A stretch of 64,000 bases of DNA, from assembly GCA_013177805.1 (NCBI GenBank), contig JABLXU010000039.1, positions 6,050 to 70,049 of the forward strand. Reading direction: 5' to 3'. A program made the translations under genes and the position numbers. Every line of letters starts with the position of its first letter. Within the stretch, counting starts at the first letter, position 1. The stretch is from Candidatus Omnitrophota bacterium (GTDB lineage: Bacteria; Hinthialibacterota; Hinthialibacteria; Hinthialibacterales; Hinthialibacteraceae). The notes under the pieces were generated by a model. That model was not told where the DNA came from and searched no databases. It saw nothing but the letters and a program-made list of their open reading frames with translations. Of this stretch, positions 9,436 to 21,800 are shown piece by piece.

Positions 9436-9729
9436 TACTCTTCCTCCTCATGGTCAGGTGGGCCGAACAAAGTCGGAATTTGTGTGCGGGAAAGCGCAAA
9501 ATTGAATCCAAAATTCTATCGATTTATTTTTAGATTCAATGAATAACATGCTTTAAAATAAAAAGTTAAATCGTATTCTTGAATAAAATGCATTAAGATA
9601 AAAAGAGTAAGGAAATTACATTTTTGCGCGATTTTGAGCAAATCCTGTTCATGAATCAGCAGGGGAGTGGTTGATGGTCGGCAGGTAGAGGGGATAAAAG
9701 AAGGGCTTTGGCTACGATATAGCAGGCGT

Positions 9730-9763
9730 CCCTCACTCTTGCTTTCTCCCCGAGGGAGAGGGG
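9730..9763. repeat. Dispersed palindromic (REP-like) element, CCCTCACC..CTCTCCC..GGGAGAGGG family, copy 1
   Basis: CCCTCACTCTTGCTTTCTCCCCGAGGGAGAGGGG; similar to 12134-12171 and 46285-46320. Confidence 0.55.
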
Positions 9764-9957
9764 ACTAGAAATGCGAAGTTTGTTGATACCCGAATTGAAC
9801 CGCGGATGGCACCGAAGGAGGCACGGAAGGAAGCGCAGTTTAAAAGTCTCAAGCGCGCTCAGATTCCGGAACGCGGATTGCTTCCCATCGTGTTCATCGC
9901 TATGATTCCCGTAAATGGCTGCTAAGGGCTATTCTATCCATTGACTAAAAATTCCTT

Positions 9958-11442
9958 ATGTACGCTCCCGCATTCGATCAATTTCGTGAACTCGCCCGTC
10001 AGGGAAACCTGGTCCCGGTTTACAAGGTCATCATGGCCGATTTGGAAACGCCGGTATCCGCGTTCTTTAAATTGGCCGAAGATAATCCCCACGCGTTTCT
10101 GCTGGAGAGCGTCGAGCAGGGAGAAAAGCTGGGACGCTATTCATTCATCGGCTATGATCCCTCTCACATCTTTATCTGCCGTGGCCGGGAGATGATAGAA
10201 ATCCGGGGCGAAGAGGTTATAGACCATCCCATCGCTCCCGGACACGATCCGCTTGCCGTCCTGCAAGAATTTATGCAGCGGTTCCAGCCGGTGGAGACCG
10301 ATGGCCTGCCTCCCTTCTTCGGAGGATTGGTCGGTTACCTGGGTTATGAGATGACCCAGCATTTCGAGCGGCTGGAATTCAAAAACCGCGACGATTTTGG
10401 CATTCCCGACGCGGTGTTTTATTATGCCGGCACGGTAATCGCTTTCGACCACTTCCAGCGGACCATCACGGTAATCGCTAACGCCCATATCGATTCATCG
10501 CCCGAAAAGGCTTACGAGGAGGCAGTCCAGCGCATCGGCCTGGTGGTGGAAAAAATGCGCAAGCCCCTGCCCCGCATTTCCTTCGGCGCGGGGAGGACTC
10601 CGCCGCTCCCAATCGAAACCAACTGGTCCAAGGAGGCATTCCAAAATGCCGTGGACCGGTCGTTGGAATACATCCGCGCGGGCGACATTTATCAGATCCA
10701 GATCGGTATCCGCACGGAAGTGAATCTGGAAAGCGGACCCATGGATGTGTACCGCGCCCTGCGGCGGATCAACCCTTCGCCATATACCTTCTTTTTCCGC
10801 CATGAAAATCTGAACCTGGTCGGCGGATCACCGGAAATTCTGGTCAAAATGATGGACCGGCAGGTGACCTACCGTCCCATCGCGGGAACCCGGCGGCGGG
10901 GCAAAACGCAGGAAGAAGATCTCTACCTTGAAAACATCCTGCGTAACGATCCCAAGGAACAGGCCGAACACATCATGCTGGTGGACCTGGGCCGGAATGA
11001 CATCGGCCGCGTGTGCGCTTTCCATACGGTCAAGGTCACGGACCTGATGTACGTGGAGCGGTACTCGCACGTGATGCACCTGGTCTCCAACGTGACCGGC
11101 GAGCTCTTGGAAAACAAGAATGCCTTCGACCTGATGCGCGCTGTGTTTCCCGCGGGCACGGTTACCGGCGCGCCCAAGATCCGCTCCATGGAGATCATCG
11201 AAGAACTGGAAGAGACGCGGCGGGGACCCTACGCCGGTGCGGTGGGCTGGTTCGGCCTCAATGGCGGGATGGATTTTTGCATCACGCTGCGGACGATTCT
11301 CACGATCGGGAGAAAAGCCTACTGGCAGGCCTCGGCGGGCATCGTGGCGGATTCGGACCGGGATTTCGAATACGAGGAAGTCATGAGCAAATGCCGGGCC
11401 ATGCTGCGCGCCATCGAGATGGCCGAGTGCTCAAAGGAATAG
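9958..11442 (+). CDS. trpE: Anthranilate synthase component I
   Basis: [62 protein letters not shown]. Confidence 0.93.
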   Translation: MYAPAFDQFRELARQGNLVPVYKVIMADLETPVSAFFKLAEDNPHAFLLESVEQGEKLGRYSFIGYDPSHIFICRGREMIEIRGEEVIDHPIAPGHDPLAVLQEFMQRFQPVETDGLPPFFGGLVGYLGYEMTQHFERLEFKNRDDFGIPDAVFYYAGTVIAFDHFQRTITVIANAHIDSSPEKAYEEAVQRIGLVVEKMRKPLPRISFGAGRTPPLPIETNWSKEAFQNAVDRSLEYIRAGDIYQIQIGIRTEVNLESGPMDVYRALRRINPSPYTFFFRHENLNLVGGSPEILVKMMDRQVTYRPIAGTRRRGKTQEEDLYLENILRNDPKEQAEHIMLVDLGRNDIGRVCAFHTVKVTDLMYVERYSHVMHLVSNVTGELLENKNAFDLMRAVFPAGTVTGAPKIRSMEIIEELEETRRGPYAGAVGWFGLNGGMDFCITLRTILTIGRKAYWQASAGIVADSDRDFEYEEVMSKCRAMLRAIEMAECSKE

Positions 11443-11444
11443 CC

Positions 11445-12017
11445 ATGCTGATCGTCATCGATAACTACGATTCGTTTACCTATAACCTGTATCAATACCT
11501 GGGCGAGCTGGGCGCCGAGATGGAAGTGCACCGCAACGACCAAATCACGGTGGACGAAATCGCCCGCAAAAATCCAGCCGGCCTGTTGATCTCCCCCGGC
11601 CCCGGCACGCCCGATGACGGGGGGATTTCGCTGGAAGCCATCGGCCGCTTCCACAAGGAAATCCCCATTCTGGGGGTCTGCCTCGGGCATCAATCGATCG
11701 GCCAGTATTTCGGGGGCCTCGTGCGGCGCGCGGACCGGATCATGCACGGCAAGACCTCGCTGGTGCATCACAACGGCCGTCATATCTTTGCCGGCTTGGA
11801 CAATCCCTTCGTCGCCACCCGTTACCATTCCCTGCTGGTGGACCGCCCTACCTTGCCGGATGTGCTCGAAATCACCGCGGAAACAGATCAGGGGGAAATC
11901 ATGGGTTTACGGCATAAGGATTATCCGGTCTTCGGGGTACAGTTCCATCCCGAGTCCATCCTCACCGTGGAAGGCAAACGGCTTTTGGCGAATTTTTTGC
12001 GGATCATGAAAGGGTAA
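11445..12017 (+). CDS. trpG: Anthranilate synthase/aminodeoxychorismate synthase component II (glutamine amidotransferase)
   Basis: True start is ATG at 11445: [38 protein letters not shown]. Confidence 0.92.
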   Translation: MLIVIDNYDSFTYNLYQYLGELGAEMEVHRNDQITVDEIARKNPAGLLISPGPGTPDDGGISLEAIGRFHKEIPILGVCLGHQSIGQYFGGLVRRADRIMHGKTSLVHHNGRHIFAGLDNPFVATRYHSLLVDRPTLPDVLEITAETDQGEIMGLRHKDYPVFGVQFHPESILTVEGKRLLANFLRIMKG

Positions 12018-12133
12018 AAAGCCATAGGAAAACATCATCCCGAAGACACCGGGGAAGCAGAGTATAAGTTCGTTGATTGATTTCGCAAGGCGCAAGGGTG
12101 GAAGATCAAAAGACCTAAGGGTCCCAACGGCGT

Positions 12134-12171
12134 CTCTCAACCTATCCCTCTCCCACTGGGGAAAAGGGAAT
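12134..12171. repeat. Dispersed palindromic (REP-like) element, copy 2
   Basis: CTCTCAACCTATCCCTCTCCCACTGGGGAAAAGGGAAT, intergenic after trpG. Confidence 0.45.
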
Positions 12172-12510
12172 TATTTCGCGTTCCCATACATACTCATCCC
12201 AAATGATAAAGCGCTTAGATATTTCTGCATTCCAGTAAAAAGTGACATCACCACCAAGATGCGGAAAGCGAAGAAATTAATTCAGAATTCATTCCTTGTA
12301 ATCCATTATTCCCACCCATTTCTGCACAAACTGGAATTTTGCCTGCCCTGCCTTATCCCAATTCTTCAGTGACTGAAAATAGGATCCACTTTGGCGAGAC
12401 TATTCTGTTCACCGCGCATCTGGACGAATCCGTGGCGGGCGTTTATTTTGTAAAAAATCGATCCGGTCACGGATCCATCACGAATCACGAGACAAAAAAT
12501 CAGGTTTGCT

Positions 12511-13251
12511 ATGGAACACGATATCCAACGCGCGCAATCCCTGGCAGACAAAGCGGAGCGCGTTCTGGTGATCACCGGCGCGGGGATCTCCGCCGAAAGC
12601 GGGGTTCCCACCTTCCGCACCGCGGGCGGCTTGTGGAACAATATCGATCCCGCCAAGGTGGCCACGCCCGAAGCCTTTGCTGCTGATCCCGCCTTTGTCT
12701 GGCGCTGGTACGACGAACGGCGCGTCCAACTGAAGGAAGTGCAACCCAACCCGGCGCATCACGCCCTGGCCCGCCTGGAAGCCGCCAAGGGGGATCAATT
12801 CTTCCTCCTCACCCAGAATGTCGATGATCTGCATGAACGGGCCGGATCGCGGCGGCTGGCCCACATCCACGGCAAGATCTGGGAAGTGCGGTGCACACGG
12901 GAAAAAACGGTACGGGAGGATTTTCGCGCCCCCCTGCCCGAAATCCCACCCCGTTGCCCCCATTGCGGAGCGCTTGAACGCCCTAACGTGGTCTGGTTTG
13001 GTGAAATGATCGACCAGGACGCTGCCCAGGCCACTGAGTTGTTTCTTTCCCGCTGTGAGGTAAACTTAATCCTCGTAATCGGGACGGAATCCAGTTTCGG
13101 ATACATTCTGGATTGGGCCATGCGGACTCGCGGGAAGCCGGATTCCCTGATCGAAATCAATCCCGGCGATACCGCCCTTTCGCCCTATGTTGACTTGCAC
13201 CTCAAAGGGAAAGCGGGAGAAATCCTGCCGCGCATCGTTCCCGAACGGTGA
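12511..13251 (+). CDS. cobB: NAD-dependent protein deacylase (Sir2 family, class III)
   Basis: TGAGISAESGVPTFR, WY..RR, PNPAH, TQNVDDLHERAG, HG, RPNVVWFGE. Confidence 0.9.
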   Translation: MEHDIQRAQSLADKAERVLVITGAGISAESGVPTFRTAGGLWNNIDPAKVATPEAFAADPAFVWRWYDERRVQLKEVQPNPAHHALARLEAAKGDQFFLLTQNVDDLHERAGSRRLAHIHGKIWEVRCTREKTVREDFRAPLPEIPPRCPHCGALERPNVVWFGEMIDQDAAQATELFLSRCEVNLILVIGTESSFGYILDWAMRTRGKPDSLIEINPGDTALSPYVDLHLKGKAGEILPRIVPER

Positions 13252-13279
13252 TCCCGAGAACCACCGGAACGAGGTTTTC

Positions 13280-15718
13280 ATGAATTTGGAACACCCCAAC
13301 GGTACAAACCACTCAACCGGCGCGCCCGCGAAATCGGCGGGAATTTCCATGCACCGCCGGAAATTTTTGGTTTCCCTTTTGGTCATCGCGTTTTGCGTGT
13401 ATTTCTTCAATCCCTTCAAACCCCGGTTATTCCGGACCAAGAAAAAGATCATCCTGCTGGGATTCGACGGCGCCGATCCCCGTTTGGTGGATCGCTGGTG
13501 GGATGAATTGCCAAACCTCCAGAAACTGGCCCAAACGGGAGGCCAAACGACGCTCCGCTCGTCTTTTCCCCCGGAATCGCCAGTGGCTTGGTCGTGTTTC
13601 GCGGTGGGAGGAAATCCTGGAAAACACGGTGTGTTCGATTTTCTCCGCCGGCCGGCCGGGTCGTATTTCCCCAGCATCGAAGCGTTTGTGGAAAAAGGCC
13701 CGGCCCGCTTTGTCTTCCGGCAAATCCCTGTCAAAATGCCCAAGGCCATTCTGCGCCGGGGCGGCACCGCTTTTTGGGATATTCTTAGCCGGTCTGGCAT
13801 CCCCACCGCTCTGATCGAAGTCCCTGTCACCTTTCCTCCTCCGCAGTTGAATTACGGACGAGCCTTGTCCGGCTTGGGCGTGCCCGACATCCGTGGCATT
13901 CAGGCGACATTCCATCAGTTCGTCTATCAGAGCGGCGGCGGCATGATCGAAACGAAGGAATCAACCTTCGGCGGCAAGATCATCCCCCTGCGTCCAGAAG
14001 GCGAATGGTATCACGGCCATATCGTCGGTCCGCAGGATCCGATCCTCGAACAAGAACGGCGGGAGGCGGAAAAGCAACGCCTGGATTTGTTGCTCGAACA
14101 ATACGAATGGCAGGCGCACCTCTACAACCTGCGCGGCGATCAGCATGTCGGGCCGGAACAGAAGACGCAATTGGCCGACCTCATCAATGTCAACATCAAC
14201 GCCAGCATGGCTTACCAGTCGTTTTTGCATTCCGAGGATTTCGAAGAACGGGTGCAACGGATCAAAGATTATCTCATCGGGGGAAAGCCTTACGAAAAAG
14301 AAAGCGGTTTGACCAATCCCTCCACGGTGAGGGAAAGGATGCAAAAAGCCTCGATCGAATGCAAGCGCTTGAGCGAAACCATCGCCGGCCTGAGCCGCGA
14401 AATCACCGCCCCCGTGGCCTTCCGGCCCGTGGGGGATTCCGCTTTTGACATTCAACTGGGGGATCAAATCCAACGCGTCAATTTGTTGACCTGGAGCGAT
14501 TGGTTCACCATCCCCTTTAAGGTCAATTTCCTGATTCAAGTCACCGCGATCTGCCGTTTTTATCCGCAGGAAATTTCCGAACAGGGCTTAAAAATCTTCA
14601 TGACCTCGCCGGATATCGATCCCCGCAACCCCGCCATCCCCATCACGCATCCGAAGAGCTACGCGCAGGATCTGGTGGAATGGCTCGGCCAACCCTATAA
14701 AACCCGCGGCTGGTCGGAAGAAACCCATGGCCTCAAGGACGGCTATCTGAGCGATGATGGGTTCCTTGAGGATTTGCACTTCATCATGGATCAGCGGGAA
14801 CAGAAACTCTTCGAAACATTGAACCGCACCTTCAACAACGTTTTGATTTCCGTCTTCTCCGAGACTGACCGCGCTGCCCATATGTATATGCGGCTCATCG
14901 ACGAAGGCCACCCGCTTTATGACGCCGAACAAGCCGCGAAATACGGCGGCGCGCTGAAAACCATTTACAAGCGCATGGACGCTATCGTCGGCAAGGTAAT
15001 GACCCGGATCGAAAACGATCCCGACACCCTCCTCATCGTCATGTCCGACCACGGATTCCAATCCTTCCGCTACCAAGTCAATCTGAACACATGGCTATTC
15101 GAAAACGGCTACTTGAAGATCAAAGGCAGCAGCGTCGCCAATAGCGCCATGAAGCTGGAGGATCTGCTGAAATCTCACAGCCCCGAATACTTCTCGTACG
15201 TGGATTGGAAAGGGACAAAGGCCTACGCGCTTGGACTGGGCCAGATCTTCATCAATCTCAAGGACCGCGAACCCCTCGGCATCGTGGCACAAGACGAGTA
15301 CGACGCGTTGTGTGATGAGATCGCCCGGAAGCTGGAAACTTTGCGGGACGAGCGCGAAGGCCAAGATAACCGGCCGGTGGTGGCGCACGTAAAGAAACGG
15401 TCCGAAATCTGGATAGGCGAGTACGCCGATGACGCTCACGATTGCCCTGACCTGCAAGTGGGGTTCCATCCTTATTACCGCGTTTCCTGGCAGACTTGCC
15501 TGGGCGGCATCTCCAGCGGCGGGGTGATCGAGGACAATCCCGAAACCTGGAGCGGCGACCATTGCAGCTTCGCGCCCGAGCATGTTCCCGGCATGCTGTT
15601 CGCCAACCGCCCGATCACCAAACCCGATCCTTCGATCTACGATTTCGCGCCGACCATCCTGGAATACTTTGGTCTCCAGCCTCCTCCGGAAATGGAAGGA
15701 AGTAATCTGTTCGCCTGA
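13280..15718 (+). CDS. Membrane-anchored alkaline-phosphatase-superfamily protein (type I phosphodiesterase/nucleotide pyrophosphatase) with a helical insertion
   Basis: ATG at 13280 after GAGG; TM helix; LGFDGAD, PPESPVAWS, TDRAAH, MSDHGF, WSGDH, DFAPTIL. Confidence 0.85.
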   Translation: MNLEHPNGTNHSTGAPAKSAGISMHRRKFLVSLLVIAFCVYFFNPFKPRLFRTKKKIILLGFDGADPRLVDRWWDELPNLQKLAQTGGQTTLRSSFPPESPVAWSCFAVGGNPGKHGVFDFLRRPAGSYFPSIEAFVEKGPARFVFRQIPVKMPKAILRRGGTAFWDILSRSGIPTALIEVPVTFPPPQLNYGRALSGLGVPDIRGIQATFHQFVYQSGGGMIETKESTFGGKIIPLRPEGEWYHGHIVGPQDPILEQERREAEKQRLDLLLEQYEWQAHLYNLRGDQHVGPEQKTQLADLINVNINASMAYQSFLHSEDFEERVQRIKDYLIGGKPYEKESGLTNPSTVRERMQKASIECKRLSETIAGLSREITAPVAFRPVGDSAFDIQLGDQIQRVNLLTWSDWFTIPFKVNFLIQVTAICRFYPQEISEQGLKIFMTSPDIDPRNPAIPITHPKSYAQDLVEWLGQPYKTRGWSEETHGLKDGYLSDDGFLEDLHFIMDQREQKLFETLNRTFNNVLISVFSETDRAAHMYMRLIDEGHPLYDAEQAAKYGGALKTIYKRMDAIVGKVMTRIENDPDTLLIVMSDHGFQSFRYQVNLNTWLFENGYLKIKGSSVANSAMKLEDLLKSHSPEYFSYVDWKGTKAYALGLGQIFINLKDREPLGIVAQDEYDALCDEIARKLETLRDEREGQDNRPVVAHVKKRSEIWIGEYADDAHDCPDLQVGFHPYYRVSWQTCLGGISSGGVIEDNPETWSGDHCSFAPEHVPGMLFANRPITKPDPSIYDFAPTILEYFGLQPPPEMEGSNLFA

Positions 15719-16046
15719 GCGGCCCATGAGCGGCCGCCGGCGAATCCCTCTCCCGGCGGCTGTTCCGCGGACCAATCGATTACCCAAAGTTACAGGGGCA
15801 TATTGCCCGTGTGCTTATTTTAAAAAATCCCCATTCCCGTCAACACGTTGGCCTTTTTTGAAGAGAGCCGGAGTTGTCGAACCTCTCACCTGCTCATTGA
15901 GAAATAAGCTCTGCCGGGATACAATGATCTGGCTTCGCAAAAGCTTAAAGTCTTTTTTTATGTGTATGGTAGTTTAGAACAGAAAATTGGATTATCCGCG
16001 ATAGGGATTCCCTTCGCGTCCCGGGTTCCAATCGGACCGGGAATAA

Positions 16047-17387
<1,341 letters not shown>

Positions 17388-17465
17388 TCCGTGAAGGAGT
17401 GGGGAAAATGGTTAATTGGAAAATAACGGTTCTCTCCACATCCCCTTGAGCTTGCCGAAACGGCC

Positions 17466-18095
17466 TCACCCACCCAATAATCCTTGCACCCGGATGTCTC
17501 CCCCGAAATATCCAATATCACCCAGGCTGATCGTGCCATTGCTGGGATCATAAATCGAATCCCGCACCGAATCACCCGGATACCGGTAACTATCCGGGAA
17601 AGGAACATCGACAATGAAGGAATCCATCTGATCCGGTCCGACACTGGCCACGACGAACGCTTCCCGCCGGCGGGATTCGAGTCCGTGCAACCGCGCGAAA
17701 CTGACGTATGGGGTGTAGGTATAGGAATTTTTCATCACCGGATAATCAGCCGCTCCCGCCACAAAATCCATTTCCCGCTGGGGCGCTATGTACTCGGCAA
17801 CCGGACCGAATGGATCCCGCAGACGGGGAGAGGAAAGGTAGGCCACAGGCGAGGTGAGATCGGGCAGGAGATAATCCGCAAAGAAAAGCAAATCGGAATC
17901 CCGGCGGGGGAAAATGTTGTGATCGAGCCGGTAGGTATGAAGAGCGCCGCCCAGGGCGCGCAGGTCCATCTTGGCGCGGGCCACGCGGCTTTTGATCATG
18001 GCGTCCCGGTAATTCGGCACGGCGATGGCGGTGATAATACCCAAAATCGCCACAACGATCAGCAGTTCAATCAGGGTAAACGCGTCGCGTTTCAT
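17466..18095 (-). CDS. Prepilin-type N-terminal methylation domain protein (type IV pilin/T2SS pseudopilin-like)
   Basis: MKRDA|FTLIELLIVVAILGIITAIAVPNY; C-terminal SVGPD...YDPSNGTISLGDI. Confidence 0.88.
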   Translation of the reverse strand: MKRDAFTLIELLIVVAILGIITAIAVPNYRDAMIKSRVARAKMDLRALGGALHTYRLDHNIFPRRDSDLLFFADYLLPDLTSPVAYLSSPRLRDPFGPVAEYIAPQREMDFVAGAADYPVMKNSYTYTPYVSFARLHGLESRRREAFVVASVGPDQMDSFIVDVPFPDSYRYPGDSVRDSIYDPSNGTISLGDIGYFGGDIRVQGLLGG

Positions 18096-18149
18096 CGGCT
18101 TATTCTCCCGCTTGGGGGGATTGGCTCCCCTGGGAATCCCGGCCCGGAT

Positions 18150-19106
18150 TCACTGGGCCCTCTGCGTGGGCGTGGGAGCAGCCAGCGATGGATAATAGTA
18201 CCGTAATTCATCCTGGTTCCGTTGTTCCCGGATCCGGCTTACCCAGCGGACGGTCTGTTCCAAGCGCTGGGCTTCGCGGATTTCCGGCTTGACGGCTGGA
18301 CGGATCACCCCCTCCATCCCCGATGCGACCTGAATCGACCGCCCCCCCTCCGTCACCCGTACTTTCCCACGGGTGACCGTCACGACGGATTCATTTTCCG
18401 TGATGGTGACAGCGAAGGCCGTTCCCAGCACCTGAATTTCTCCGCTGGGCAAAATCACCCGGAAACTTTTTTCTTGCGGGGGAATATCGAAATAGGCTGT
18501 GCCCCGGTCCATCTGCACCGTGCGGGGATCAGCCAAGGTGAGCCGCGATTGTTGATCGAGGCATATTTCCACTCCATTTTTGAGCTGAACGATGCCTCTG
18601 GCATATTGGGGCGTCTGCAAGGTGGTGTTGCGGGGCAAACGTTCACCCCGGCGGGTGTTGAGCAGCGAATCGGCCATGGCGATCACAGGACCCGAGGTGT
18701 ATTGAATTTCCCCAATGGTATTGAACGATTTTTGGAACCATATCGCGGCGGGAATCACCATTACGAGAAAAAGGGCAAACGCGGGTACCATCCAGGAAAT
18801 CCGGCGGTTGAACAAGGGAAAAACACCCGGGGAATCCAACGCCAGTTCCTGCCGGGTGGATTCGGTCAATAAGGCACGGCGTTTCTCCCGCATGGCCTGC
18901 TCGACCAACCGCTCATAGAAACCTTCTTCCGGAGTCCATTCTTCCTCCTGGGGCTGTAACGCCTGAACCCAGCCCTGGATGGCGTTCCATTCCTTGCGGC
19001 AGGCTTCGCAGGTGTCGAGATGCTTTTTCAAATACTCGGGCGCGCCGGTCCCCTTGTGATCGATTGTCCAGGCCAACAATTCTTTTTGTACAGAGGAACA
19101 TTTCAT
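18150..19106 (-). CDS. Anti-sigma factor: zinc-finger (HxxxCxxC) + TM + FecR domain
   Basis: HLDTCEACRKEW, one TM helix, FecR motifs GTAYFDI, IQVLGTAFAV, VTVTRGKVRV; overlaps the ECF gene by 4 nt. Confidence 0.85.
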   Translation of the reverse strand: MKCSSVQKELLAWTIDHKGTGAPEYLKKHLDTCEACRKEWNAIQGWVQALQPQEEEWTPEEGFYERLVEQAMREKRRALLTESTRQELALDSPGVFPLFNRRISWMVPAFALFLVMVIPAAIWFQKSFNTIGEIQYTSGPVIAMADSLLNTRRGERLPRNTTLQTPQYARGIVQLKNGVEICLDQQSRLTLADPRTVQMDRGTAYFDIPPQEKSFRVILPSGEIQVLGTAFAVTITENESVVTVTRGKVRVTEGGRSIQVASGMEGVIRPAVKPEIREAQRLEQTVRWVSRIREQRNQDELRYYYPSLAAPTPTQRAQ

Positions 19107-19696
19107 GAGAACAGTTCCTCCTCCTGGAGTCCTTCCTGGTGGGCATACCGCCGCAGGATTTTCAAGGCCCGGTGGGTCTGGGTATTTACGGTCGAAACGG
19201 GAATCCGGAGTAAATTCGAAATGGTTTCGCTGGGCAGACCTTGAATCAGGCGCAGAGTCAAGATGTCCCGGTATTTGGGTTTCAAACGATTCATGGCCCG
19301 GTGAATCCTTTCCAACGCTTCTTTTTCCATTAGATCTCCGCGGGGACTCGCGGTTTCATCGGAAACCGAATACCCGGTATCGTCCGTCATTTCTTCCAGA
19401 GGCACAGCGCTTCGTTTAATCCGCCGGTTGTATTCTTTATACGCCAGGTTGCGGGCGATTTGATACAACCAAGGTCCCAACGGGCGGTTGGGATCGACTT
19501 TTTGATGCGCCCGGCAGGCGAGGAAGAAAGCTTCCTGCGTCAAATCCACGGCGCGGTCCCGGTCACGCAACAGGTGGGTCACGAAATGCGTCAAGGGCGT
19601 AAAATACGCCCGCGCCGCGGCGTCGAATGCCCACCGCTCGCCCCGGTGAAACCCCGCGCTGATCTCCAGTTCCGACTGTGGTATGGTTGCTTCCAC
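19103..19696 (-). CDS. ECF-type sigma-70 factor
   Basis: Region 2 AVDLTQEAF..WLYQIARN; region 4 LKPKYRDILTLR..VSTVNTQTHRA. Confidence 0.9.
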   Translation of the reverse strand: MEATIPQSELEISAGFHRGERWAFDAAARAYFTPLTHFVTHLLRDRDRAVDLTQEAFFLACRAHQKVDPNRPLGPWLYQIARNLAYKEYNRRIKRSAVPLEEMTDDTGYSVSDETASPRGDLMEKEALERIHRAMNRLKPKYRDILTLRLIQGLPSETISNLLRIPVSTVNTQTHRALKILRRYAHQEGLQEEELFS

Positions 19697-19882
19697 GAAT
19701 TCTCCCTATCCTGATCGCAGGGTGGCATCGAACGGCTCCCTCTCCCAAGCCGGAACTAGGTTCCGCGGTTCACCCCCTGGCTCAACGGCCGGGAAGTTAC
19801 CCGGAGGCGTGCTCATTTAGGCTTATCCCGTTAGGGAGGGGAATCTTTCACTTTTTTGGGTTTGTTCGGATTTTCAACCGGA

Positions 19883-21442
19883 TCACCGGGCTGGCGTTTC
19901 CTGGGTGAAAAACTGGCTCCGGCGGGTTTGCAGGCACATGAACAAGCTGCGGCCTTGGATCAGATAGGCGGATCCGGGACTTTCCATGCGCAATTCTCCA
20001 GGAAGGCGCTGAGTCGGCGCGCCGATGAGCACATCCGCGAATCCATCCCCCTGGATGTCTCCCACCCCGGCGACATGCGAGCCAAACGCCTCGAACGGCT
20101 CAACACCTTCCACCACCACATAATTGACATGGGTGATATCTCCATTGACGATTTTGCGAATATCCAAACTGGAAGGCCACTCCATCTGGCCAAAAAGAAA
20201 GACTACCCGGCCCGCGAACGCCTTGTCCCGGACGTAATCCATGGGCAAGGCCACGGCGATGTCGGAAAAACCGTCACCATTGACATCTCCTACTCCGAAG
20301 GCGGATTGCGCCCCCTTTACGAGGCATCCCCAGCGGGCATCAAGGTTGCGCAGGTCGATGGCGCCATGCAGATAGTCCCCTCCCCACAACAAAAGCACCG
20401 ATTGATCTTCCATGCCCACCAGAAAATCGGGAAATCCATCCCCGTTCACATCGCCCGCATTGCGGATGAAATGCCGGGCGTGATCGATCAAAAAGGAATA
20501 TTCAATGGTCTCGAACTGGCTCCGCCCCTGCAATAACACCGCCCGGCCCTCCAGATCCCGCCCGCCTTTGGGCGCAACGACAAAGAGATCCGAAAAACCA
20601 TCGGCATTCAAATCAAAGTTCCCGCATACATATTCCCCCACACGCGATCCGGCAATCCCCCGCAATGGCAACACCCCATACTCCCGGATACGCGAATCGA
20701 GGATCTGGGGAAACCGCCGGCGGCCATACACCACCACCACCCGGCCGATGTCGTATTCCTCCTCCTGGCCACTGGGAGTTTTAACCGATATCCGGCTGGC
20801 GGCGGGCATCCCGAATACCACATCCGGGAAACCATCTCCGTTAACATCGCCCGCCGCGTCCACCGCAAAACCGGTATGCGTGATTTCCACCCCATCGTCC
20901 CGCAGGTCGGCCACGGGAATCAGGCGGCGGGAATTTTTTTTGCCGAACAGAATATACCCCGCGTTCCCATTTTCTGATCCCACGGCTAAATCCGCGAATC
21001 CATCCGCGTTGACATCCCCCGCCAGGGCCAGCGCGTGGCCAAGACGGGACTCGAAGCGCCCCATCACTACCACGCCGTCGAATTCCGGCGAGGAGAGGTC
21101 GATCAATCCCCGGTCCCGGTTGAGCTGGGTTCCGAAAACGATGAACACCGCCCCATTGTCATATTCGTTACCGAAACCGCCAGGATCGTACGAGGGAGCG
21201 CCAATGGCGACATCGAGAAAGCCATCCCCGTTGAAATCTCCGGCACCGGACACAGCGGCGCCCATTTCATAATGCTCGGTTCCAGGATACACGATCCGGA
21301 TGGCGCCCAGGGCTTCTACGGAGGTGATCACATGGCCTGCCAAGGCCGTGATGGCGAAACCCATCAAGAACAAACCCAACGCAGTTATTCGCAAGGTCCG
21401 CAATTTAATCCGCCTTATCCCAGGGAGGAAGTAGAATCCCAA
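19883..21442 (-). CDS. Secreted FG-GAP / integrin-alpha-like repeat protein
   Basis: About seven GD(V/F)NxDG(F)xD...GAP repeats; signal-like N-terminus (start codon uncertain). Confidence 0.88.
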   Translation of the reverse strand: MGFYFLPGIRRIKLRTLRITALGLFLMGFAITALAGHVITSVEALGAIRIVYPGTEHYEMGAAVSGAGDFNGDGFLDVAIGAPSYDPGGFGNEYDNGAVFIVFGTQLNRDRGLIDLSSPEFDGVVVMGRFESRLGHALALAGDVNADGFADLAVGSENGNAGYILFGKKNSRRLIPVADLRDDGVEITHTGFAVDAAGDVNGDGFPDVVFGMPAASRISVKTPSGQEEEYDIGRVVVVYGRRRFPQILDSRIREYGVLPLRGIAGSRVGEYVCGNFDLNADGFSDLFVVAPKGGRDLEGRAVLLQGRSQFETIEYSFLIDHARHFIRNAGDVNGDGFPDFLVGMEDQSVLLLWGGDYLHGAIDLRNLDARWGCLVKGAQSAFGVGDVNGDGFSDIAVALPMDYVRDKAFAGRVVFLFGQMEWPSSLDIRKIVNGDITHVNYVVVEGVEPFEAFGSHVAGVGDIQGDGFADVLIGAPTQRLPGELRMESPGSAYLIQGRSLFMCLQTRRSQFFTQETPAR

Positions 21443-21800
21443 TTATATCCTTCTCATTGTTATCATTTTTTTCCGCCAGTGTAAACAGAAGGCGGCAATT
21501 TCTATTTCAATTATACAATGGAATGAAAATTGTTTATCCCCCCGTGGACCAAGCAAACCTCACAATTTCCAATCTGTCCCCAGGCCATGTCCGGAGAGGA
21601 AGGGATTTTCGCGGTTTCTACGAGGATGGCAATCCAAAGCTAATGGGGAATCGGCGTCTGAATCAGGCTCATCGGAGGGAGAATCAAAGAAAGGAGCGAT
21701 CATGGAAAATTACGAAGGGATTGCGATTATCCTCTACCCTTACCCGCAACGATCCAATTATTCTAAATCCTGGTAAATCGCGATCAGTAAGGTCTTTCCC

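Noticed and set aside
11013-11444. Apparent N-terminal extension of TrpG
   Set aside because: Overlaps trpE in another frame; the real start is ATG 11445.
12020-12135. Possible c-di-GMP-I or ZTP riboswitch fragments (GGCGCAAG, GACCTAA, CACCGGGGAAGC)
   Set aside because: Only isolated words match; no P1/P2 architecture could be built.
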